Shown: positions 41,866 through 57,342, counted from the first letter of the stretch. The stretch is 64,000 nt of DNA from the human T2T-CHM13v2.0 reference genome, Homo sapiens (GCF_009914755.1 NC_060944.1), one strand, 5' to 3'. The notes: generated by a model from the sequence alone, not told the origin. Numbers and translations are program-made.

Positions 41866-43547
41866 AGATTCATGTGACTTCTGGGCCGAGACACTGGCTT
41901 CCCTTGCTGTTTGCTTAATGGGACCACTAGGGATCCATATTTTGAACTAGACTCGTTAATATTACATAGATTTCCAGCTAGGTGACTTTGGCCAAGCCCC
42001 TTATCTGCCCTGAACCCTTTTTCCCCTGTAAAACAAGGGGGTGGGGCTAGACGCCCTCTAAGTTCTAGCTAAGACATTCTAGGACTTAGAGGAAGCCTTG
42101 ATCTAGGCAGACTTGATGACCCTTGGTCCGGTGAGCTAAAAGCAGGGCTGCTTACAGAAATCAGCTCAGCTAAATAAAGAGTTTGAAGAAAAATATTAAA
42201 ATAGAGGGCTCTGGCAAATTAAATATTCAAAGTGAAGAACTCAGAATTTATTGAAAGCCTGTCACCATTTAAAATGCATAATTTTAGCATAAATACTCTA
42301 GAAATATTCCTTTTGTTTGCTATGTGTTATTGTTAATAAAGGAGATCCTACATCTAGATTTGTCATACGTCATTAATGAATCAACCATAGGATGTAAATT
42401 ATAATTATTTTGAATTATCTATTTACTGTTTAATTACATTTAATTTTAGATTCTCCTAAAATGGCCTAATAAAAATTTTGGGTGCTAAATGACTGCCTCA
42501 TCTGCTTACTCTGTGCTACTTGCTAAAATTAGTTATATTAATTGTTTGGGGATTCTTTTTCTTAAAAAAAAAAACTAACCCTGGGGGCATGGTCCTAAAT
42601 AAAATATCCTAAAAATTTAATGCTTTTCTTTTCTTTGCCAGGGTTGTAGTAAAATGTTAGTTACACTAAACTCATTAAAATAAACCTTTGCACATTACCA
42701 CTGAATCAATTGGATATAATCTGAATAAAAACTAAATAAAAGTCACATCAGTGCTACCCTTGGACCAGGGCAAGAAGGCCTCTGCCCTGGCTTCTGTGTA
42801 TTAGAGGTTCTGTTCTAGCCCTTCTCTGCCCATGCTGCTCCACGCAAGGCAAGGAGGTCCCAGGGCCAGATGACAGGCCCACCTGGGGTGCTCACACACA
42901 TACACACACATGCTCTTCTAGAACACGTTCTAAGTACCCAACACCCTTACCTTCCCTGCTCAAAGGGGCCCAAGCTGCTTTCTAAGGCTTTAAAAGGCCT
43001 CTTGGCTGGGTCTTTCCTGCAAGGGTGACCATCACTGGCATGCTCACTGCCCGGCCAAGAGGAGGCTGAGGTGGGGATGTAGGCAGAGTTGGGACTTGCT
43101 GGCTGGAGAAGAGGAGGAGAAGAGGCAGGGCACACACATCCCTGCTAGTGTATGAGACCCCCTCACAAAGCAAGACTGAGCCTGGGGTGGGAAATGGAGT
43201 TGGGGGGAGCTGGAGAAGCAGGCAAACTAAATTCCACCCTGGTTGTCCAGGTTCTTAAGAAGGCATATTGGTCAAAGTGGAGAGGAGAACACGTATTTTA
43301 CCTAAGTTTGTTATCTTGAATTATAATTCAATATTTAGGCGGATGGTATGAGGGCCTCCATTCACACTCTTGCCCTGGAACTGGCAAATGTGAATGGAAG
43401 GCTGAGTAAAATCATAGTTTTGTGTTGTTGGCCTTTGAGTGTTCCATCTCTCTTACAATTTTAGTTTGTCACACCTTGCACCTTGTATGTGTAAGTAAAA
43501 TTAATGGCATAGGAAAGAAACCAAAAGAAGTGAACAATAAGAGACTA

Positions 43548-43911
<364 letters not shown>

Positions 43912-44831
43912 TTAATTTTTCTGCCCAGTGGGTTTTGAAATATGGTTGGCTTCCTTCAGGAAGCTTTTTCCCGACGTTGGTGATGATAATAAAACCTGAT
44001 GCTTTCTATGTGCTGGGCCCACTTATAAACACTAACACATATTAACAATCGAATCCTAAACTAATCCTGTGTTAACAGCCTCCCACTTTACATATGAGGA
44101 AACCTGGGGTGACTTGCACACGGCTTGGCAGCTGGGACGTGGATAGGGAATGTACACCCAGGCAGTCTGGCTCCCGGGCTCCTGCTAGAGGATCCTACAG
44201 GACATTAGGAGCATTGTCCCTTAGAGCTGTCTGCACAAACGTCTGCTTCCCAAGCAACTAGTTATCAACTTTTCCCTCTCGCCAACGATACTGGCACCTG
44301 GAACAATCCTTAGATTCAGCACGGATTTTCGAGTAAGGGGTTGGTCCACTGTCGGGGCTGAGCACGGCTGTTTAGCATTTGAGGGTTTGTCTTTTTTTAC
44401 TTGGTGTTTTGTGTCGCTTTTGAGTGCTGATATAATAGAACAAGCTTAGTACAGTGCCTGGCACTCAACAAATCCTGGCAAGAAAGGAGATCGAGGAAAA
44501 GAAGCAAGCGAGAGACGAAAGAAAGGGAGGGAATGCGCCTTGTAACATTAACGTAGCTTGTGCGAATCCTGGAAGGTGAGGGGAAAGGAGACACCGCGTC
44601 AAGGGAGAGAGGAGAGGGCACCGAGCGCCCGCCCCTCCGACGTGGTCCGCCCCGGCCTCACGACGCCCCGCCTCTGCCACGCCTCTTCCCCGCCCCATGC
44701 AGGTCTTCGTCCCGCCCCCCACAAAGCCGGCTTCCGCCCCGTCCCTCAGCGGCGCCCCGCCCCCACGGCGTCTTGCCCCGCCTCCTGCAGGCGGCCCGGC
44801 GCGGTGTTTACCCGCGGTGCATGGTGGGGCG

Positions 44832-44846
44832 GTCTCCTTCGGCAAC
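44832..44846 (+). promoter_or_regulatory. RFX X-box-like element
   Basis: GTCTCC-TTC-GGCAAC versus consensus GTNRCC-N0-3-RGYAAC (one mismatch), ending 55 nt before the ATG. Confidence 0.55.
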
Positions 44847-44900
44847 CCCGGCCGAACGGGCCACCCAGAGGCTGTGCTGAGCTGGCGCAGCGGCAGCAGC

Positions 44901-44989
44901 ATGAGCCGGACCCTCGCATCGGCCGTGCCCCTGTCGAGTCCCGACTACTACGAGAGGCTGGGCCAACTCCAGCACGGGCTGCGGGACAG
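44901..44989 (+). CDS. KIZ: KIZ (kizuna centrosomal protein/PLK1S1) coding exon 1
   Basis: AGCAGC-ATG; encodes MSRTLASAVPLSSPDYYERLGQLQHGLRD plus AG (89 nt); donor CAG|GTAAGG. Matches the known KIZ N-terminus. Confidence 0.96.
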
Positions 44990-46747
44990 GTAAGGGCACT
45001 GGGGCGGGGGTGGGGAGTCGGCCCGCGCCGGGGGTCTTCCGCGTGCCCTGCCCCATTTTCCTTCCCGCTCCCCCGTCCGAGGTTCCCCGGGGCCCAGGCC
45101 CGCGCGCAACGCCCCCCAGGCTCCCAGTGGGGCCTGGAGGACAGTGTTTACTAGAGCCACCCCCTGTATTGGGGGTGGGAGCGGAGAGAGGTGAGAGACC
45201 GCCCCCGCCCCGTCAATAGCAGCTAAAGCCTGGTCTACGGTTTGAGGATGCGGCCGCGTCACAGAATTTGCCCAGAAGTGAAGGTGGGAGTTCTTCTGCC
45301 TGTCACTCTCCATCAAGCCTTGTGAGTTTCTCTTGTCCCCTTTTACACGCCCCCTCCCCACTCTCTTCAAATTGCCATCCCGCCGTGACAGCTGCACTGC
45401 ATCAATGATGACAAGTCCTGGAACGCAGACGGTTGTGTGTGTGTGTGTCAAACATGTGCCCCCGTTTAAACTCAGGAGACTTTTAGGGGTAGCGAGGGCT
45501 GGCTAGATTTCCAGCGAAGGGATGAAATTTCCAGCTAGAGAAGTCCAGCTTCCAGAGGGTTCATGATGCCTTTGATTAAGATATGAAAGATGGGAACCAC
45601 TGAAAACAGCTAGATCTAAGAGTGCATATAGAGAGAAAATTATACCGCAATGTACTATGAATAACCACGTAAAAGATAAATTGCTGGACCTCTTATTTAG
45701 CTGCTAAGTTAATTGGAGTTGTAACTCTCATTAGTTGACAAGAAAGGAAATACATTTTTGGATCTCTTGATAAACAAAACATTTAATGAGTGTTAAAAGT
45801 TACAAAATCATTCTAGTGAACAGGAGAGCTGTGTGCGTGACAGTGCTAAAATGATAACAATAATTACATGGAAAATAAAGGCAGAAGTGAGCGATTTTGA
45901 AAAGGAATTACATTTATCTTACGCTAGATTTAATTCTTGTCAGATATTTATAGAGCATCTACAACAGGCTTCCTTAATTGTCGTTAGCATTTTTTTTACC
46001 TTGTACTCCTTTTCTACGTCCTATTTTCTTTCTGACATGTCACCGCTCACCCATATCAGTGACCTCTTAATTTCTGACTTTAAAAAGAAATCTCTTCCTG
46101 TAGAGCCTTCCCTGTTTCAACCCATTCCCTAACTTTTGTGACTCTTGGCATTCTTACAGCACTCATAAATGGCATTCTTTTTGAACTATTAATTGTAAGT
46201 TATTTTTGTTTCCTGTGCTAGGAACACCTGGCTGTTTATAGTCCTTATGGCACAATAACTGTATAATAATTATGTACTTTATGATTAACACTTATTTAAT
46301 TATTAAACAAGGTGAGGCTGTTGAAAATATATAAGGAATGTGAATCAAATTTTATAGCCTGTTCACGGTTCTGCATTTCGAGATTTGTTTTATTTTTAAG
46401 TCAGTACAAATCTGTTGCTGTGTGTGTTCATTTTTCATTTTAAGAATTTATAACTAACTCAAATTAATGCACACTGGACACAGTTATAGAGGCGAATAAT
46501 TCTAGATACAGAAAAGGCTGCAGTAGAAATATCAAAACCTGGATTCTAGTCCACGAACAATTGTGTGACCTTGAGCAGGTTGTTCCACCTCTCTGAACCT
46601 TGGTTCTTTACCAGGAATGAGGGGGCTTGACTAATATGCAAAGTAAGGCCACAGATTTTTTTCTTTCTCTCTTTGCTAGAATAATGGGCCTTAAAGTAAA
46701 AAAAGAAAAAAAAGCTGAAAGCTGTAGTTTTGCAAAGCAATGTGTAA

Positions 46748-47200
<453 letters not shown>

Positions 47201-48233
47201 TAGTCACAGCTGCTTTATCAATCCAGAAACTTCTGGGAAGTGGGAGACAAAAAAAAACTCCCTCTTTCTCAGCCCTTTTAGAGGTGGTCATTGCAATGTT
47301 AGCTGGTCAAATAACCAGCATATTTCCAGCCCAAGTCATGTTAGCTGTAGTTACACGTAGATGTAATTTTATCGTCTGAATGTTTTCCTATGTGTGTACA
47401 GTGTTTTTTCTGCATTGTGGTGAAAGTCAATAATTGAATCTAAAAGAGTCTAATGGAGTGACTTGTTACAGTGTGTATAGCACCCACAAGCATGGTAGAA
47501 ACTTATAAGTGGAATTGGCTCTTACGGTTATACAAAAACATCCTTTTAAAAGGGCCCATTAGCCAGCCGCGGTTTTTTCAGTGCCTATATTGATTCAGAG
47601 TAAGATATCATAATAGTCTAGAAACTGACACTGAGATATTAGTAGAGTAAGCTGAAGATGGTATAGAATTGTGGTATCGAGACAAAAACAGAATAACAAG
47701 TGGCTTAAAAGTAGAAAACTCAGCAAGATAAGGACCACTTAGCTGTGTAAAACTGAAAGGTCCAAGTGAGGGGTGACTGAAAACATGAACTATGGGTAAG
47801 CATCCCAGGGATGGGTATTTCAAAGATTCTGAATAGAGATTTAATATGTAAGAATTGCAAGCCATGGAAAGGCTTTTCATTGAGGCAAATATCTGGTTTT
47901 TAGTATTAAATTTTAAAAAGACATGGAGGGCTCAGCATTCTGAGGTGCTGCAGTGTGGATGAGGGGCTAGAAAATAGGCCTGTGAAGAAGAGTTAACAAG
48001 ATTACCACCGTTTTGCCTGGGAGAGAAAGCCAAGAGGAGTTTGATTATCAGGGTATGAAGTGTTATGATAGAGAAGTGTGAGCAGCAGATGTCTGCATCT
48101 GCTGAAGATGTTTTACAAATAAATTTTACATTCATTACTAAGAAGAACTTGCTGCTTGGGAGGTGGTGGATTTCCAAAGTGACTGTGGTCCTTTTTCACT
48201 AGAAGTCATAGGTGAATTTTAGAAATTATTTTA

Positions 48234-48569
<336 letters not shown>

Positions 48570-50881
48570 TTACAAAAAAGTTGCGAATATAGGACAAAGA
48601 CCTTCAGTGTTCCTGTCACCCAGATCCCTCAACTATTAACATTTTATTAGATTTTTGACACTGAGATATCAGTTGGGTATCTATTTAAATCTGTCTATCT
48701 AAAACCATTAGCCTTTTCTGATCTGTTTGAGAAGTGCATATATGATGCCTCATCACTCCTAAAATCTTCAATGTGTGTTTCCAAAAGCCAAGGATGTTCT
48801 TGTACATGATCACACCATACAGCCCTCCTAGTGGTGAAACCAGTCCGCAGACTGCATCAGATTTCACCAGCTATCTTAACGATGCTCCCTTTTTTTTCCC
48901 CCTGGTCCAGTGGCTCACCTGCAAACCGCGGTTGCATTTGGCTGGCATGTCTCTTCAGTCTCCCTACATCTGGAACGATTCCTCAGTCTTTCCCTGTCTT
49001 TCATGTTCCTGACAAGTTCATAGAGTACAGCTTTCATTCTAGAGGGTGACCCTCAAGCTGAGTCTATCTGATGGTGTCTCATTACCAGACTGCAGTCGTG
49101 CTTTCTTAGGAATACAACAGAAATGAAGCACTACCTCAGGGCATGGGGTCATAGATGTATTCAGAGGTCTTCCTTTCTTTGTAATTTAATGACAAGTTGC
49201 TCACACTATCCAGTCATTCATTCTGCATGAACCAAGTACCCAATTGATCATGAAACTCTAGGGGGGGAATGGTAACTAATAAAAATTTCTAATGTGGAAG
49301 CAATTATGCTATGTTTCCTTCACTTCTATTCTAAGTTCACTCTTACTAGTGAGAAGGTAAAGATTTGTGATGCTATTAGTTAAAAATGTGTGTTTTTGTA
49401 ATTTTTTTCCTTTTAATCTTTTTTTTTTCTTTTTAACATAGGCATACTGCAACCCATGGGTTGTGTTCCCCAAGTGAAGATTCTGTGTCTGGATTTTGGA
49501 CCCCATATTCCCATTAAATGAATTTTGGTTAAATAGTAGTTTCCATTTAACATTATGCAAAGGAAAGAAAGTTATGTAACCTGTAATGTAGCTAACAGTG
49601 ACTTTTGGGATGATCTTTTTTTTAAAGGAAAAGAACTATTCTGAAGATATATAGAAACTGATAATTAAGAGCTCACAAATGGAGCATGGGGCCAGCCCCT
49701 TTCCCTCAGGAAGCCAACCTGAGATCACCTCTGTTGGAGTCCTTATCTTTATTTCACAGCCTTTTGTTTAGGATTCTTTGCTTGGATAGAATATTATGTG
49801 GTTTCTTTTTTGGCCTTTACTTAATGTTAACTTAGATGAGCAATTTAGCTTCAGTTAGGTGGGATTGAAACAAATAGTGGTGCTCAGATGGAACCCTCTG
49901 TGGCTAATCCTCCCAGGCACTCTTCTTGGGACTGAATGGCTTCATCAGTTTTATCCCCCAGCCCCCTGGTTTTGGCTGCCTCTGCTTCCTCTGCTGCCCA
50001 GTTCCCCCTCGTCCTTGCCCAGGCTGGTTGTGGGGTAAGACAGGTTTTCTCCTTAGCTTACTGCTAGCACTCACCTGAACAGCACAGGTTCAGTCTTTAC
50101 TGGTAGTAGCTCCAGGAAAACAGCAACCTGTGACAAATAATGACACCATTACAGAGTTATAAAAAGAAATCCCTCCAAATTTGAAATGATGGTCTTAGAA
50201 GGCCTGGTCTTCATCAGATGTAAGTGAGGCCAGGTTTACTTTTCAGAGGTCTTTCTCTATCTCATCCACTTGGCTGTGCCCAGGCTTGTCTGGTTGAAAA
50301 CAGAGCAAGCCACCAGTCTTCAATCTGTACACAAGATCTGATGGGACCCCATCACCGAAATGCCAGCGACTCAGAGAAGTCTGGCCACGTTACATTTTAT
50401 ATACTTATCTTGTTTATTATTGTCTGTCCTTCTCCCTAGAATGTCAACTCTTTGAGGGCAGGAGTCTTGGCTGGCTAGTTCGCCATATTAGTCTCCAGGC
50501 CTAGAACAGTGCCTGGGTCATCATAGGCACTCAGGAAATACTTGCTAAATGAAGGCACCTGCTTCTCAGACTTTTCCTATTGCATTTCCCCATTTACTTT
50601 GTGGATTTTATTCTTTTGTCTCCTATTGGTGTTCGTTTTGTTTTTTAGATTTCCCTGGCGACTGCTGCATACTTTTGTGCCTTTTGTTTTAGATGCGTCT
50701 GGCATTTTCTGCTTCTTAGACCAGAGAAGCATTTTCACAAAGGTGTGATTTGGTATTTGGGCTTTTTTTGACCTCTAATCAACACCTTGCAACAAAGCCA
50801 TTATTTCAAAGAAGAGCATGGTCTAAATCCAACTCCCTGTTACTTATCATGTAATTACTTATAAAATGTTTTTTATTATAG

Positions 50882-50944
50882 TGAAAAGAAGAGATTGGAC
50901 CTGGAAAAGAAACTTTATGAATATAATCAGTCTGATACATGCAG
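50882..50944 (+). CDS. KIZ: KIZ coding exon 2
   Basis: Acceptor ttttttattatag; 63 nt, phase 2-2; encodes (S)EKKRLDLEKKLYEYNQSDTC(R); donor CAG|GTAAGA; in frame with exon 1. Confidence 0.96.
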
Positions 50945-51037
50945 GTAAGAGACGACAGTGGGAACAGTTTTCAAGCCAGGTTCCATATATTAATCAAAAA
51001 TGTAACCCTAATGTTATGTCATAAATATTGTAGTTAG

Positions 51038-51365
<328 letters not shown>

Positions 51366-52474
51366 TAGTTGGAGTACTCTTACCATTCTCTTATTTTTAG
51401 TGTGTAATAATTTGAAATAAACAGTGCAGTTTAATATAATTACTATCAAATTTGGTTAAAATCGGTATGAGATCAAAATATGTTATTTTCATTATTTCAT
51501 ATTTGTTTTATTTCAAGAATCTGTTTTGCTTAAAAATCTTAAAATAAGACATAGCCTTATCTTTTTGGTTGCAATTTAAACACATTGAGCTTGTGTGATG
51601 ATTAAGACATAATTACTGTAGTTGATCTTTCAAGGTACTACTGTAGGCAGGATTACCTGGTATCTCATTTGTTCATGGATATATGAGAATGACTATTAAA
51701 ATTATAAGCAGTGAATAATATATTGTACGCATTATCCTTTTTAGGTTTCTTCCTCCACTATTAAGAGCAGATCTTAAATATTTTAATTTCTATTTTATAA
51801 AAACTGAACTTTATCCTTAAGCCAAAAGTATGGCATTACCTCTTATATTATTCATATGAAGAACTTCTGGCTTTGATAGCATTAAGTTTGTAATTTATCC
51901 ATGTCACACTATGAGTGAGAAATGAAAAGATCTCATCCAGAAGAGAGAGAGGCCAAGAATCCTTTAAAGTCAAATTACCTATTAGGTCAGTTCTTTCCCT
52001 TGTCTTCAAAATTATTCTTTGGTTTTAAGATTTAGTGTACTTCCAAAGCTTCCAGTTGAGGTAGACAGCCGTATGACTCTAGTAACTCTGAAAGAGACAA
52101 GAAATCAGTTGTTTTGTGTGTGGAAGAAATAGCCAGCATTGTGGATGCTGTGGCCTCAAGAGTGGGCCCAAGTCTGAGGGGATCCTTGGCAGCTGCCATT
52201 TTTCTAGCCCATGGCTAAAGGGCAGAAGATTGTGTGTAGACGTTTCATGCAGTCTGTTCTTGGGAAGGCTCCTGGCCTTCTGGTGGTGGGAGGGGCAAGT
52301 GTGAGAAAAGGATGGGCACTTTTACCAAGCCGTCAGTTCACTGAGCTGCTGCTTCTCTCCCAGCCTCTTACTGTTTCCTGGAAGACAGAGGATATGATTT
52401 GCTAAAAATAGGCTTGCTTAGATTGCCTGTAGAAGAAAATCCAAACAAGGCTGCCTCCACCTAGTACCTGCCAG

Positions 52475-52965
52475 AAGGCAGAGTCTGAGACGAGGGTCTG
52501 TGTATAAGTGGTAATTTATTTGACAAGGTGGTCACCTAAAATTGGAGAGCAGGGCTGGGCTGACCGAAATAAGAGCTGTTCACTGCAGTGAGCACCTGGG
52601 GCTCAGTCCCTCCAGACCTTCAGAGGAGCCTTCAGAGGAGCAGTGTAGACTACCCTTCTGCTCCGCACAGTGTCTAATCCTGCGAAAGGAGATGGGGCTG
52701 TATTCCTACCGGTTTCTGACCCCCACTGGTAAGGGCAGCCCCAGGTGGAGTTAACTCCTTTACACATCTAGGCTTTTCCATGCTGCAAACTCAGAACGGC
52801 AGCCCTGAAATGCCAAGTGCAGCTGAGGCAGAGGCAGAGGCAGACGCTCTCAGGTTATACCACATGCAGCAGGCTGTGGCGGCTGTGGCGACTGTGGCGA
52901 CTGTGGATGGTAGAAAAAAGGTCGGGCCAGGAGGCGTGAGGTGGGCACAAAGGGTGTCTCATCCA
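52475..52965 (-). mobile_element. ERVL LTR (LTR33/LTR16-like)
   Basis: AGAAGGCAGAGTCTGAGACGAGGGTCTGTGTATAAGTGGTAATTTATTTG... antisense LTR 3' end pattern. Confidence 0.55.
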
Positions 52966-53422
52966 GCAGCCCACCAGACACGCCATTATCTGCACCCTTT
53001 TTAATTTACATTATCACCATCTCTCTCCAGCCTCTCCCTAAGATTCGACACTGACTGAAACGTCAGGCTCTTAAGCATGACGGGATGTTTTGTAATGTGG
53101 TATAAACTTCTAGGCTCTGTGGTTAGGTGCTTCACTTCCATCTGAGCCTCACCAGCTCTGAGCCGGTGACCTTGGGGCAATTACTCCAACATTCGGTGCC
53201 TCCATTTCTTCTTCTGTCAAATGGGAACAATGACAGCTGTGAGAACTCACTAAGATTCATACAAACCCTTAAAGCAGTGTCTGACCTAGAGCCAATTATT
53301 ATTTATTACAATTTTATCAACATTCTTTTTCCTATTTTTTGCCGTCGAGCTTTCTGACATGCTGTTCCCCCACCTGGAATGTTTTCCCCTCATCTTTTCA
53401 TTTTTGGCTTCATCAATTTTGA

Positions 53423-53751
<329 letters not shown>

Positions 53752-55174
53752 CATCTTTCAGGTCTTAGCTGAAAGTTATTTCCACTGGGAAGGCCTCCCT
53801 GGCCTTTTCAGCTAGGTCAGGTTGCCCGGTGTGTAGAAGTCCTTTTTAGTTTCCCTCATAGCATTCATCACGTATTTACTTATTTCATTGTTTTCTTTGT
53901 TGACCTTAGCTGAAAGACTTTGATCTTTAGAGTGCTGAATATATGGATAATTGCATGGGTAGATGAGTTACTCACTCATGTGGTCAGCTTTGAAGGTTAA
54001 TGTGGTAGCTGGAATGGAACTAGAATTTGGATGGAGAAGGCATAGTACAATTGTACCCACTCCGGGTAGACACCACCAGCAGCAGCTTTACTGAGTGCCT
54101 GAGTGTGAACGACAGTATGTTAGGTTCTACCTCTATTACAGTTACTTGCGTCAAAAATGCAGAGACATGGGCAGCAATAAGACCAGCCTTCAGTTTTTAT
54201 TCAGAAAGAAAAATGAAGACAGCCAACCATGGTCAAAGCGCAGAATTATTAACACGATAAAGACTTTCTTGAAAATTGTTGGCCTAGGATTGGAAGTTTA
54301 AGATCTGTTGTTAAACAACTTTGGACATCTCCAGCATCTTTGCAAATCTTTGTTTTGAGGGTGAATATTTTTGTCATTTTAAATTTTATTTTTGTTTGAT
54401 GAAAGAATGTTGAATAATTTATTGAGCCAACAATTGAAATGCTGTGTAACAGGGAAGAAGAGTTAGGATTAACAGCGTTGGTGCCATGAGAAAAGTCGAC
54501 TACACAACTTGAACTATCCAGTATGTTTTTTTATGTACAGAAAAATTGGAATGCAGAATATGTTTTTGCTATTATACTTTGGATAAGAGTCTGAAAGTTT
54601 TTTTCACAGTTGGAGTAATTATAGTCCATATATTATAAAATATTTTAATAGTGAATTATATTGTAGCAATTTCTAACAAGTATGTTTATATTATCTAAAT
54701 GAGAGCTTTTGGTATTTTACATTTTTAAATTTCTTTTTAATTTCTTAATTTTATGGGTTGTGATTTGTAGTTTGATTTAATTCCATATGAGCAGTTATTT
54801 TTGAAATTGTCATATGTAAGAATGTTAGTGAGCCATTCGTCGAACATGTCCACATAGACACTACTCTTGAAATCACATTTAATTTTGAGAAATAAATCCA
54901 TAGAAATCTTTACTGTGTGAATGTTAGAATGTGGTCTTATATATATTTCTCAGGGGAGTTATGCTTAGAGGAAACCGATATGATACCTCAGTGGTGCTGC
55001 ATTAACTTTCTCTCTCCAAAAATGTGTATATACATTTTGTTGTTTGGGTTTCGGTGGTTTGGGTAAAATACCTTAGAATACATTGTCTCATTAACAATTT
55101 TGATGAAGAAAATTCCCTTTCTTAGATTCGTCCAAGTCTAGTCCATTGTTTTAAAACTGCTTTTAATTTTCTAG

Positions 55175-55337
55175 AGTTAAGCTGAAATATGTAAAACTAA
55201 AGAATTATCTGAAGGAAATATGTGAATCTGAAAAGAAGGCTCATACTCGAAACCAAGAATATTTAAAGCGATTTGAGCGTGTCCAAGCTCATGTTGTACA
55301 CTTCACCACAAATACAGAGAAGCTTCAAAAACTGAAG
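55175..55337 (+). CDS. KIZ: KIZ coding exon 3
   Basis: Acceptor ttttaattttctag; 163 nt; encodes (R)VKLKYVKLKNYLKEICESEKKAHTRNQEYLKRFERVQAHVVHFTTNTEKLQKLK; donor AAG|GTGACT. Exons 1-3 total 315 nt, 105 codons. Confidence 0.96.
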
Positions 55338-55385
55338 GTGACTTCCTGTTTTTTACTGTGTTTTATTTTATTTGTTGTTGTGTGT

Positions 55386-55557
55386 TTTTTTTTTTTCTTC
55401 AAGATGAGACCTCACTGTGTTACCCAGGCTAGACTTGAACACCTGGGCTCAAGCAGTCCTCCTGTCTTAGCCTCCTGAGTAGCTGGGATTACAGGTGCAC
55501 ACCCCATGTAGCTGTGTACCTCCCGAGTAGCTGGGATTACAGATGCACACCCCAGGT
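55386..55557 (-). mobile_element. Alu monomer with internal 39-nt duplication
   Basis: Antisense FLAM-like sequence; segment 55471-55509 repeated at 55519-55557. Confidence 0.85.
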
Positions 55558-56573
55558 TTATGTTTTGTTTTTAATCTTTTTTTTGCTAAAATGAGAAATA
55601 ATGAGTACTAAGTTTCAGATCAGTGGTAGTCACTAATGTTTTGTTGTTCATAATTAGGATTAAGTATCAGCTTTTTCTGTGAATTACCATGTGGCTGAAT
55701 TTTATCAGGGAACTTGAAACTGCATTTTCCAAGATTCTTCTTTAGTTAAGGAATCAATGGGATATCTCTAACACAGGCAAGATCACTAGCCAGTACCTGG
55801 CACGGTGTAACACATGGTATTTGTTGGCTGAATGACTGAATTTGAGCAGCATTGGGGTTCTCTCTAGAAACTGATTCTGTCTTGAAAGGGTTCTTTTTCT
55901 GTGGTCTGGGCCCCTCTTCTCTGGCAAACAGTGCATTGGGAGAGTAGTAAGGGTAGAACTGTCCCCGAGGAGTTTGCCTTTACGCTCCTGGTCTGTGTGA
56001 CCCAGAGTGACTGCCCTTGCAGCTCTCTCTGGTTCTGGCACCTTTTTCCCCTTGAAGTGCAGGTGCTTGGCTGCCTGCTGCTGCTTGGCTTCCTGCTGCT
56101 CCACAAATTATGCCAAGTGTGGAGGGCCAGGAGCTAGGCCTTTATCCTCACCATTTGCACTGGTCAGGTGTTGTCCAATGTAACCCATCTTAACACTGGT
56201 CACAGGAGGAGTTGGATTCAGTATTCTGCCTGCTAGCCTGCTACTGAGCCCCCCTACCTTTTTTTTTTTTTTTGCCCTGCAGTTTTTCTTCAGCCTTTTA
56301 TTGTAAAATTTTCAAATACACAGAAGAGTTAGCATAATTATTATGATGAACACTCATAATTCTCCACTTAGATGCAGTAGTTGTAAATATCTTGTTATAT
56401 TTGCTTTGTATGTGTATTTTTTTTTTTCTCTGAGCCATTGAAAGTCTGCTGCAGGCATCATGACACTTCTTTCCTAAGCACTTGAGCGTGGATCTCCTAA
56501 ATGCAGGGACAGTCTCCTACATAATCATACCATTATCACGTCTAAGAAGATTAAAAATGATTCCACAATTTGC

Positions 56574-56856
<283 letters not shown>

Positions 56857-57164
56857 TAATATTATTTAATTTTCAGCTCGTATTCAGATTTCCCCACTTC
56901 TCCCAAAAAGTAACTTATTTTTCCAGACTAGGAGCCAACTAGGGCTCATGTATTGTTTTCTATGTTATTGATTATTGTGCCTTTTTTGTCTCTTTTAATC
57001 TAATTTAGTCTCCTACCATTCCTCCTTTTTTTTCCCCATGTCATTGGCTATTTTGAAAAAGGCAGTCCATCTGCTTGTAGAGTGATCCGCATTCTGAATC
57101 TAAGGCATCATTTAACTTGCACAGCATCCCCTGTATTTCCTGTGAACTGGAAATGTGGTCTAAA

Positions 57165-57342
57165 CAAGCACTGTCCAGTAGAATTTTCTGCAGTGATGAC
57201 AATGTTCTGTATCTATGCTGATGCTATCTAATACAGCTACTGCTCATATATGGGTGTTGAGCACTTAAAATGTGGCTTGTGACACTGAAGACTGTATTTT
57301 TAATTTTGTCAATTTTAATTAATTTTAATTTAAATAGTTACA
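57165..57342 (+). mobile_element. MER3-type hAT DNA transposon
   Basis: GCACTGTCCAGTAGAATTTTCTGCAGTGATGACAATGTTCT...TTGAGCACTTAAAATGTGGCT...AATTTAAATAG. Confidence 0.8.

Larger units (their letters stand above)
44590..45260 (+). promoter_or_regulatory. KIZ: KIZ CpG-island promoter with multiple GC boxes
   Basis: CpG-rich; many CCGCCC (Sp/KLF) boxes at 44625-44785; no TATA box; surrounds coding exon 1. Confidence 0.9.
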
